From positions 1-64,000 of IMG/VR virus record IMGVR_UViG_3300021256_000066: a DNA stretch of 64,000 bases. One strand, given 5' to 3'. The notes beneath the pieces were generated by a model. The model was not told the DNA's origin, searched no databases, and was given only the letters and a program-made list of their open reading frames with translations. Origin of the DNA: a virus. Its lineage: Duplodnaviria; Caudoviricetes. Below, in pieces: positions 56,706-64,000 of the stretch (its first letter is position 1; each line of letters begins with the position of its first letter). The position numbers and the translations under genes were made by a program.

Positions 56706-57332
56706 ATGAGTACAAGAGCAACGATTAAGATCAAGCAGAGTTTCTATAACACAGACGAGGATTACGACAAGGGCATACTGACACCTTACGAAATCGAGTT
56801 GTATCACCATTCAGACGGATATCCCAAAGGCATTGGGGCGGACATCGTGGAGTTCCTACGCAACAGAAACGATGGCTACGACACCGACAAACCGATATGG
56901 GAAGCTGAACGCATAGCAACGGACATGGTGAGGGGTGAGGTGCTGACGAGCAAGTCGTTGAGCGAGCCAAAGGATGTGCATCGGGATATGGGCTACGATG
57001 TGGCTATCTGTCAGCATGGCGACTGCGTGTATGGCTATCTGATAGACTGCGATGAGCGCAAGGTGACGTGCTACGATATAGAGCCAGGGCAAGAGGATTG
57101 GACGGATGACTGCATTGTGGAGATACCCGACACTTGGGCGCAGTTTGGCGGTCTGCATCTCCCCGAAGAGACGGACGGACTGAAGAAGTTTAGCGAGGCT
57201 ACCGCAGTACAGAAAGCGGAGTGGCTGCTTGAGGTGGCAGAGGAGTGCAAGGTGAAACATCCCGATCTGGAGTGGGACGACATCATCAGCCGTGCCAAAG
57301 AGCGACTGGCAGAGGCAAAGGGAGAGAAATAG
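56706..57332 (+). CDS. Phage protein with MSTR...YxHxDGYPxGxG motif
   Basis: MSTRATI and LYHHSDGYPKGIG; function unknown. Confidence 0.75.
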   Translation: MSTRATIKIKQSFYNTDEDYDKGILTPYEIELYHHSDGYPKGIGADIVEFLRNRNDGYDTDKPIWEAERIATDMVRGEVLTSKSLSEPKDVHRDMGYDVAICQHGDCVYGYLIDCDERKVTCYDIEPGQEDWTDDCIVEIPDTWAQFGGLHLPEETDGLKKFSEATAVQKAEWLLEVAEECKVKHPDLEWDDIISRAKERLAEAKGEK

Positions 57333-57366
57333 GCATATTATAGGACATCGGAAATATCACAGCATT

Positions 57367-57528
57367 ATGAGACAAGTATCAGAATCAGACGAGATCAGAA
57401 TGATTGTGCCGTTCGCAGCGTGGCTTGACCGCCACCCGGCAATCGCCAACATCATCATCGGGATTATGGCACTGGCACTCGCCTATGCCGTGTTCTCCTA
57501 CGAGTTCACCATCCCCGCCTATCAGTAG
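57367..57528 (+). CDS. Small membrane protein
   Basis: 53 aa, one TM helix, CATT-ATG start. Confidence 0.55.
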   Translation: MRQVSESDEIRMIVPFAAWLDRHPAIANIIIGIMALALAYAVFSYEFTIPAYQ

Positions 57529-57603
57529 CCCCCACACCTTTATATATATTATACACGTTAGAGAACATCACAGAAATCACAAACAATTTAATTCGGAAAG
57601 ATT

Positions 57604-58128
57604 ATGAACACAAAGAACAATATCACGCTCAACACGCTTTGCACCGACAGCAAGTCCGTTAGCCAGGCAAAGGAGAATATCACGAAGAACTGGTGTGACA
57701 TCAACTTCGACGAGCGCACAGACAACTTCATGTTTGAAGAGCGCGACCTGCGCCACTACGATGACGGCGCAATAGAGTTTGATTACTGCTACGTTATACG
57801 CGGCTATGAATATTGGGACTGCGGACACGACGGCTGCGAGTTCTGCTACGAGCTGGCACTGGTGCCTGCATGGGACAGTCTGAGCCGTGACAATCAGGAG
57901 GCCGTGCGCCGAGCCATCGGCGACTCCGACGTTACCGAGGGCTACGCCTACGACATCGCGGAATATGGCATCGAAATCGTCATCGGCACGATCCGCACGC
58001 TCAACGAGTGGCCAGACATCGACATCGTGGCACTGGCTGCTACAGCCATCAACCATCAGGAGCAGACGCTGAAAAGCGATATCCCGCATGACTACTACCG
58101 TCTGTACGACTGGCTGAAGGCCGCGTAA
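57604..58128 (+). CDS. Acidic hypothetical protein
   Basis: 174 aa. Confidence 0.7.
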   Translation: MNTKNNITLNTLCTDSKSVSQAKENITKNWCDINFDERTDNFMFEERDLRHYDDGAIEFDYCYVIRGYEYWDCGHDGCEFCYELALVPAWDSLSRDNQEAVRRAIGDSDVTEGYAYDIAEYGIEIVIGTIRTLNEWPDIDIVALAATAINHQEQTLKSDIPHDYYRLYDWLKAA

Positions 58129-58183
58129 CACCATTTATATATTATACACCCATATTATAATCACTTTCTAAAATCAGAGCATT

Positions 58184-58978
58184 ATGAATACTTTACAGAA
58201 CAAAATAGACTGGAACAACGAAGTGAAGAACAACCCCACGCGCTTTGACGCTCGTTATTATGCGGAGTCGATTGTGGCCCCGTGGTATCAGGACACAGAC
58301 CCGCGACTCTTCGAGTTTGGCGACGTGGTGGTGAAGGCTTACAAGTGCTGCCCCGCCAACGGATTCACGGAGAAGACTGCGGGATGGCTTGTGGACTTCC
58401 AGCAGGACGTGGACGGACACACCCAGGCGCACACCGAGCGCATGACTACGGAGGTACTGGCTATGCGGCTGGCCGAGTTGTACCGCTTGAAGGCCGACGA
58501 GCAGACACCCCGCGAGGACATCAGCGAGGGTATGACGGTCTATCCTGACGACTGCCTGGCTGAGTGGCACGGACGCGCCGCAAAGGTTGTGCGCCGATGG
58601 CTGGCCGATTGGGGTACGTGGTGTCTGGAACTGGAGTTCAGCGACGGCACGCGCTACGAATACGCCGAGAAATACGTCCTGACACATCAGCCCTGGAGCG
58701 TGGTGGGCGCAACGTGTCACCACCGATGGGCAGACAACGACGTGGTCCTGAAGGTTACAGCCGTAGGCCAGTATTACGGCATCAAGGCCGAGAGCGAGGA
58801 CGGCAAGGTGAAGTGGACGGGACTTGCCCGCGACTTTGTGCCCTGCACACCTGACGGACGCGATCTGCTGCCGGAGCCGCCCGCAGAAGTCACGGAGCAG
58901 CGAGAGCAAAACGATGCTTGCTTCAGTTCTGCCGAGTCGCGACGTGATAAGGCCGAAGGCCAAGTCACCATCGACTAA
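58184..58978 (+). CDS. Hypothetical protein; C-terminus encoded by an inserted palindromic element
   Basis: 264 aa; element at 58887..58968 flanked by AAGTCAC direct repeats. Confidence 0.7.
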   Translation: MNTLQNKIDWNNEVKNNPTRFDARYYAESIVAPWYQDTDPRLFEFGDVVVKAYKCCPANGFTEKTAGWLVDFQQDVDGHTQAHTERMTTEVLAMRLAELYRLKADEQTPREDISEGMTVYPDDCLAEWHGRAAKVVRRWLADWGTWCLELEFSDGTRYEYAEKYVLTHQPWSVVGATCHHRWADNDVVLKVTAVGQYYGIKAESEDGKVKWTGLARDFVPCTPDGRDLLPEPPAEVTEQREQNDACFSSAESRRDKAEGQVTID

Positions 58979-59042
58979 TCACCCCCTTTACATTATACAC
59001 CCTTTATACAATCACTTTTTAATCACAGAAAGGAAACGAGTT

Positions 59043-59264
59043 ATGACAAAGAAGAGTAATTATAAGTTCTACATGTGCTACACCCACACCATTGATGGGA
59101 GAGTGGGAGAGGCAAAGATAATATCAGCCGACACCGACATCGTGGCACGTGTGAAGGCTGGCGGAGAGTTTGACCGCTGCGAGAACGCACGCATCGGAAT
59201 ACTCGTAAAGACTGAGGGACGTAGTGAAACCGTCGTAAGCTCGTTTGAGCGCAAAGTGATATAA
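59043..59264 (+). CDS. Hypothetical protein
   Basis: GTT-ATG at 59043. Confidence 0.6.
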   Translation: MTKKSNYKFYMCYTHTIDGRVGEAKIISADTDIVARVKAGGEFDRCENARIGILVKTEGRSETVVSSFERKVI

Positions 59265-59332
59265 TTTTTGAAACCAATTTTTGTATAATTTCTGCGCGAC
59301 AGCGCATCAAAAAAAAATAGGAGAAACGAATT

Positions 59333-59647
59333 ATGACATCGAACAATACGAATAGCGGCCTGGAGCCGAGAATCATCAAGGGACACAAGTTTATGTGCAA
59401 GAAGTCCGTTCAGATGTATGTTATCAGGGATAACGGAACAAGGAAAGCAACAGGCATGGAAGCCTATACCAAGGGCAAGGTGTACGAGTGTGAAGTTGAA
59501 ACGCCATATCCGGGCACAAGGTACTCCGGCGGTTGCATCACCGACAACCAGGGCGACAAAGGGCATGGATGGTCATACGACCCGGCACACCACCCATGGG
59601 CAGGCGAAAGATGGACGGACTTCTTCGAGGACTTGGGCGAGGCATGA
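59333..59647 (+). CDS. Hypothetical protein
   Basis: 104 aa. Confidence 0.7.
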   Translation: MTSNNTNSGLEPRIIKGHKFMCKKSVQMYVIRDNGTRKATGMEAYTKGKVYECEVETPYPGTRYSGGCITDNQGDKGHGWSYDPAHHPWAGERWTDFFEDLGEA

Positions 59648-59729
59648 GCCGCACGGAGAGTTGGATCTAATCACCTTTATATATATATTATACACATACG
59701 TTACAATCACTTTTAAAAATTATAAGATT

Positions 59730-60260
59730 ATGAATACAGTAAACACAAACAATATCGAGACATTGATGGGCGCGACGCTGACTTGGCAGGGCGCAAGTAA
59801 CTTGCAGAGTGAGTATCTGCTGGAGTCGTACACCAGAGCCTCCAGGGGCAAGGTGGAGGTGTGGCTGCGCGACAAGGCTAACGGGCATATCATCACAATG
59901 GACCTGAGCCGCCGCACGCTGGGCGACCTGCAGCAGAAGGGCGAACGACGCACGGACGCAGGCACCACGATAAGGGTGAGGCAGGACGCGGAACGCCCGT
60001 TGTGGATCACGATAAACAACGGCGTGGCAGGCGACATCTTCAAGAACTGGGGCATGGCCGTGAGCGACCTGCAACGCCACGTATATAACACTTTGCAGGA
60101 CTGCTGCGGGTGCGAGATACACCGCGAGAGCGCAACACGCTATCAAGCATACTTCGAGGACGATGACAAGTGGGAGGTGTCGGAGGTTGTGCCCTTCGAC
60201 CCCGCCAAGCCCGACCACCGCGAGGCTTACGAGGCGCAACGCGACCGCCTGGCTTTATAG
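59730..60260 (+). CDS. Hypothetical protein
   Basis: GATT-ATG at 59730. Confidence 0.7.
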   Translation: MNTVNTNNIETLMGATLTWQGASNLQSEYLLESYTRASRGKVEVWLRDKANGHIITMDLSRRTLGDLQQKGERRTDAGTTIRVRQDAERPLWITINNGVAGDIFKNWGMAVSDLQRHVYNTLQDCCGCEIHRESATRYQAYFEDDDKWEVSEVVPFDPAKPDHREAYEAQRDRLAL

Positions 60261-60359
60261 CGTCGTTACAGGAGGTCTGGGAGATTTGGCTCTTCTATGA
60301 GGTTCGACACCTCGCCAGGCCACAAGTTATATATCTTAAAGGATTAAATTGTTTTTTCG

Positions 60360-60398
60360 GGCTGCTGGGCTGTGAAGTTCGGCAGCTCTTTTTTGTTT
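60360..60398 (+). terminator. Terminator closing the small-gene array
   Basis: GCTGCTGGGCT-GTGA-AGTTCGGCAGC followed by a T-run. Confidence 0.65.
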
Positions 60399-60433
60399 AG
60401 TCCCAATTTTGCGGCTGACCATCGGTAATTTAG
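60399..60433 (+). promoter_or_regulatory. Putative phage late promoter (AGTCCC-N21-TAATTTAG) for the endolysin unit
   Basis: Recurrent motif with a variant -7 box. Confidence 0.55.
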
Positions 60434-60455
60434 CACCAGGAAACAAGCGATATTT

Positions 60456-60797
60456 ATGCCGAAGATGATACCGACACGGAGTTGGAATGAGGTTAGGAAC
60501 ATGACCGAGAAGTTTGAGTGGCGCGATCCTCGCACGGGGATTGTGACGCGAGGGTATAATCCCCCTGGCGGGAAGGACGGACGTGGAGTTAAGCGCGTGC
60601 CCTTCCACATCCGCTACATCACGGGTAAGGGCTGCGTGGAGGAGGGCTTTTGCATCTGTCTGAAGGTTTATCCAGAGCTGCGGCAGCGGATGATTCAGTT
60701 TGTAGGTCCTGACGGCACGGGCGGTTCGCGCCAGATTCGCCGCGTGAGGGATTATCTCATCATCGAGATCGACGGCATCCGCATCGTGACGCACTGA
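60456..60797 (+). CDS. Hypothetical basic protein
   Basis: 113 aa. Confidence 0.7.
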   Translation: MPKMIPTRSWNEVRNMTEKFEWRDPRTGIVTRGYNPPGGKDGRGVKRVPFHIRYITGKGCVEEGFCICLKVYPELRQRMIQFVGPDGTGGSRQIRRVRDYLIIEIDGIRIVTH

Positions 60798-60805
60798 TTT
60801 AAGGG

Positions 60806-60902
60806 AATAGTGAATAGTGAACTTTCCGATTAAGCGAGAGCCATGATGCTTGCATCAATGGCCGAGCGTGAGGAAAGTCAAACGAATTTAATAGTGAATA
60901 GT
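60806..60902 (+). repeat. GCGAG...CCGAGCGTGAG element flanked by AATAGTGAATAGT
   Basis: Closely similar to 53228..53300. Confidence 0.65.
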
Positions 60903-60917
60903 TAAAAAATAAAGACT

Positions 60918-61670
60918 ATGGGAATGATGACTTATCGCGAGGGATCACGCGGGCCGGTTGTGGCAATGATCCAGAAGGCCGTCGGATGTTACCCCGATTC
61001 TATATGGGGTAAACTCACGACGGAGGCTCTGAAGGCATGGCAGCGGGCTCACGGGCTGACGGCTGACGGCATCGCGGGGCCGAGGACGCTGGCGGCTATG
61101 GGTATCGAGGCAATGACTCCGAAGGGCGACGGCCTGCATATAGGTCCTGACTCGGTGGTGAGCAGCTATGGCGGCAAGGCTGTCAGGCTGAAGCGGTCGC
61201 GGCGCAGGATTGACTATATCGCGGTGCATTGCACGGCGACGCCGGAGGGCAGGGACATGACCGTGGAGCAGATCCGAAAGCAGCACAAGGCGCAGGGCTG
61301 GTCAGACGTGGGCTATCATTATTTAATATATAGGGACGGCACGGTGCATCTGGGGCGTGACGTGGATATCAGCGGGGCGCACGTCTCTGGCTACAACGCA
61401 AACTCTATCGGCATCGCGTATGTCGGCGGCTTGGAGAACCGTCCAGGCGTGGCGTATAATAAGCTGAAGGCGAAGGACACGCGGACGGAGGCACAGAAGG
61501 CCTCGCTCATGGCGCTGCTGGCAGACTTGCGCAAGCTATACCCGAAGGCCGTGATTCAGGGGCACCGCGACTTCTCGCCCGACAAAAACCACGACGGCGT
61601 AATCTCGCCCGACGAGTGGGTGAAGGACTGTCCGTCGTTCGCAGCTAAATCCGAATATCGCAATATCTGA
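60918..61670 (+). CDS. Endolysin: peptidoglycan-binding domain plus N-acetylmuramoyl-L-alanine amidase (Amidase_2, T7-lysozyme-like)
   Basis: WQRAHGLTADGIAGPRT; IAVHCTAT, GYHYLI, GAHVSGYN, GHRD and CPSF motifs. Confidence 0.92.
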   Translation: MGMMTYREGSRGPVVAMIQKAVGCYPDSIWGKLTTEALKAWQRAHGLTADGIAGPRTLAAMGIEAMTPKGDGLHIGPDSVVSSYGGKAVRLKRSRRRIDYIAVHCTATPEGRDMTVEQIRKQHKAQGWSDVGYHYLIYRDGTVHLGRDVDISGAHVSGYNANSIGIAYVGGLENRPGVAYNKLKAKDTRTEAQKASLMALLADLRKLYPKAVIQGHRDFSPDKNHDGVISPDEWVKDCPSFAAKSEYRNI

Positions 61671-61790
61671 AATATATCGCAATCTTTGAATTACATTTGA
61701 ACTTTTTCTTCATGCCGAGCGCGGCGAGATTTGTTTAGTAGTAGTTTTTTCATATTAGTTTAAAGTTTTAGTTATTGGTAATTTTTTCTC

Positions 61791-61825
61791 CGGACTGCCG
61801 CCTGTGAAGGCCGCAGTCTTTTTTG
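61791..61825 (+). terminator. Rho-independent terminator
   Basis: GACTGC..GCAGTC followed by a T-run. Confidence 0.6.
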
Positions 61826-61991
61826 TTTGTTGCTATCATTAATTGTGAATGAACGTGAAGGAATCGTGCCGTTTTGTTGCTATCACCTAAAAGATGTTAA
61901 GCGCAAGCAACTTTTCTTATTAAATGCTTGCAACAAATAGATATTTTTCGTACCTTTGCCGATGAAAATATTAATAATTAAAATTTAGTTT

Positions 61992-62468
61992 ATGGAGATT
62001 GATGTGACATACACGGCGAAGGACGGGCGGAGATTCAGCGACCCGTATGAGTGCGAGGAGTATGAGAAGCGGCTGGGTACTAAGGCGGGCACGGTTGGAC
62101 GGGCACGCATCGACCTGAAGGAACTGGGCGAGGACAGATACGTGTTCGGAATGCTGAAGGTGAGGCATGATGACTGCAACCACTACCGTACCTATGTGAC
62201 ACGGTGCGTGGACGACAAGCTGGAGGACTACGTGAACGTGAACAGTCTGGACGTGGACAAGCGGTGGATTAGGAACACTGTCGCCGACGTGCTGCGCGAC
62301 ATTGAGCAGTTCGGTGACGATGATCTCTGCGAGTATGAGTTCATCTTCTGCGATCACTGGGAGTTCGGCGGTGAGCATGCGTTCGGCTGCTGTCGCACGC
62401 ACAACCAGGAACTGTGGGACGAAATGGAGAAAGCCGCCAAGGCTGATGCTGAAAATACAAAGAAATAA
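61992..62468 (+). CDS. Hypothetical protein (Y.A.DG..F....C..YE N-terminus)
   Basis: 158 aa after a host-type TACCTTTG box at 61951. Confidence 0.75.
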   Translation: MEIDVTYTAKDGRRFSDPYECEEYEKRLGTKAGTVGRARIDLKELGEDRYVFGMLKVRHDDCNHYRTYVTRCVDDKLEDYVNVNSLDVDKRWIRNTVADVLRDIEQFGDDDLCEYEFIFCDHWEFGGEHAFGCCRTHNQELWDEMEKAAKADAENTKK

Positions 62469-62478
62469 TAGAAAGAAT

Positions 62479-62628
62479 ATGGAAGAGAAGAGAAGACGGG
62501 GGCGGCCTGTGACGCCCTACAAGGTGGGCGTGATGGTTCGCGTGACACCGGAGGCTGCGGAAATCCTGAAACGGCAGCCGAACCAGAGCGAGTTTATCGA
62601 CGAGCTGATCAAAAAGTCTGGAAAGTAA
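62479..62628 (+). CDS. Small ribbon-helix-helix-like DNA-binding protein
   Basis: RRRGRP..VMVRVTPEAAEILKRQPNQSEFIDELI. Confidence 0.55.
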   Translation: MEEKRRRGRPVTPYKVGVMVRVTPEAAEILKRQPNQSEFIDELIKKSGK

Positions 62629-62657
62629 TTCATCTGTTAATTTAAAATTTTGGCGAT

Positions 62658-63098
62658 ATGAAAAAGAATTTGTTTTTTGTGTGTATGATGGTGGCCATGA
62701 TGGCCGCAAGTGTAGGACTGGGCGGCTGCTCGAAGAGTGACAGCGACAATGTAATCCCAGGCGGATATGTGGGAACATGGACGTGTGACGAATATTGTCC
62801 ATCCGACAACATGAACCTGGAGGTGGCAATGTATGAGGAGGACGGTTGGCCCCCGACTACGGTGACAATCAACGGTGACGGATCATGCAGCGGCAGCGGA
62901 CTGGTAATCAACGGCAACGGCACGTGCTCCATCAAAACTGGGAACAAATGGGAGGACGGCTATTGGGCGATTATTACCTTCTACCAGAACGGCAAGATGG
63001 TGAGCACGGCGACGGTGAAAACCTATACAAACGACCACAGAACTGGCTATGTGGCACTGCAGGGATATCCGGACAAGTTATTCATCTTTACCAAATGA
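62658..63098 (+). CDS. Lipoprotein
   Basis: Signal peptide with LGG-C lipobox followed by SKSDSD (Bacteroidota surface-export-like signal). Confidence 0.8.
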   Translation: MKKNLFFVCMMVAMMAASVGLGGCSKSDSDNVIPGGYVGTWTCDEYCPSDNMNLEVAMYEEDGWPPTTVTINGDGSCSGSGLVINGNGTCSIKTGNKWEDGYWAIITFYQNGKMVSTATVKTYTNDHRTGYVALQGYPDKLFIFTK

Positions 63099-63112
63099 TT
63101 GTTTGCAGAATT

Positions 63113-63150
63113 AAAAGAGAGCGGGGCTATTGAGGGCCTCGCTCTTTTTT
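63113..63150. terminator. Terminator between convergent genes
   Basis: AAAAGAGAGCGGGGC...GCCTCGCTCTTTTTT. Confidence 0.6.
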
Positions 63151-63284
63151 GAGAGTCTTGCCGACGGTTGGTATCATCGTCGGAATGGTTCCATGAGTTA
63201 GCTTGCGCTGACTCAAAAGTTCACTTGATTTTATTAACACGTCGCATCACTGCGATTTGGGGTTAGTCGGATGACCATTGATAT

Positions 63285-63842
63285 TTATGGTATCATAATG
63301 ACTATTGATTTATGACAATTCGGACATTCGTACATGGGATTTTTCTCTCCACTTCTTCCGTCAGGAATCCCTTTTTCTTTATCACAATAATGTATAACCG
63401 CACCTAATTTAACAGGAAAGCGTTGACCACAATTAGGGCATGATATATTGTGAGTTCTTCCCCATACAACTCTCCCGTAATTAGCCATCTCTCCTCTAAA
63501 TATATTTTCCGTGTCTTTTCTTGAGTTTAATGTAGGATTAAGATCTTTGATAAAACGAGATTCAGACCTTCTTAAAAACTCATTGTTTGGATGATCAAGA
63601 GCATACACATCAAAACTTTTGTTCTTATTAAATGCTTCTTGAATTTTTTTAGCTTTATATTTGCCGTTTCTTAGAGCGGAAACATATTGGCTGAACCTTC
63701 TGTGTATGTTTTTTGCAGACCCGACGTATGAATCATCTCCAATCATTATCAAATAAACAATATTGAGCGACCGCGACAAAGACCATTTTATTTCTCCGTC
63801 ACGGAACTCACCAATCTTTTCGTACTTGCTGACATCTATCAT
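63285..63842 (-). CDS. GIY-YIG-family endonuclease with C-terminal zinc ribbon
   Basis: IVYLI...YVGSA..I..RF, E..FI..L.P.LN; CPNCG and CPNC motifs. Confidence 0.75.
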   Translation of the reverse strand: MIDVSKYEKIGEFRDGEIKWSLSRSLNIVYLIMIGDDSYVGSAKNIHRRFSQYVSALRNGKYKAKKIQEAFNKNKSFDVYALDHPNNEFLRRSESRFIKDLNPTLNSRKDTENIFRGEMANYGRVVWGRTHNISCPNCGQRFPVKLGAVIHYCDKEKGIPDGRSGEKNPMYECPNCHKSIVIMIP

Positions 63843-64000
63843 TGCTCTACCTTTATCTTAATGGTATTGCCACACTTATCACACTTAATAGTCAGTTCAT
63901 CCTTGGGCAGTGTTTCTTCTTGAATATAGCCAATACCTTCTGGAGCAAACAGCTGCCAGAACTCTACGTCAAGTGCTTCGGCAATACGCTCAAAAACAGC
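63839..64000 (-). CDS. XRE-family HTH protein with CxxCG ribbon, 5'-truncated
   Basis: Manual translation: AVFERIAEALDVEFWQLF...KCDKCGNTIKIKVEQ*; ATGA overlap with the GIY-YIG gene. Confidence 0.7.
   Translation of the reverse strand, partial: AVFERIAEALDVEFWQLFAPEGIGYIQEETLPKDELTIKCDKCGNTIKIKVEQ

Noticed and set aside
45396-59730. CRISPR array or classical integron for the repeated intergenic motifs
   Set aside because: Repeats are degenerate and separated by whole genes; no attC-type RYYYAAC/GTTRRRY ends or integron integrase recognised.
1-64000. Integrase, att sites or prophage boundaries; a second DGR target
   Set aside because: None recognised in the window, so temperate versus lytic lifestyle cannot be settled here.

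Overview
The whole window appears to be part of a tailed dsDNA phage (siphovirus-like) of a Bacteroidota, probably Prevotella-like, host. The host call rests on TAnnTTTG promoters, AT-rich leaders without Shine-Dalgarno motifs and GC-rich coding DNA. No integrase, att site or host gene was recognised. Layout: (1) 1-10.8 kb tail-fibre/receptor-binding genes with a diversity-generating retroelement (target gene with VR, hairpin, MutS-N-like accessory gene, TR, and an RT split by a +1 frameshift); (2) 10.9-15 kb an uncharacterised cysteine-rich operon; (3) 15.2-20.3 kb S49 protease/scaffold, major capsid with a probable -1 frameshift extension, and tail tube; (4) 21-24.4 kb a DNA-modification cluster (radical SAM plus two methyltransferases), all three broken at poly-C/poly-G runs that need the same -1 correction; (5) 24.4-43 kb holin-like genes, terminase, tape measure, portal and adaptors in scrambled order, mostly under a shared GTCCC-N19-21-TAnnTTTG promoter; (6) 43.9-45.4 kb an XRE regulator and a strand-skewed non-coding region; (7) 45.4-60.3 kb about 29 small, probably early genes separated by repeated boundary motifs, with a covarying hairpin 9 nt before several start codons and a strongly GAAG/GGAG-depleted first 4 kb; (8) 60.4-64 kb endolysin, lipoprotein, GIY-YIG nuclease and a partial XRE gene. 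All counts and alignments were done by eye, and family names come from motif recognition rather than database searches.
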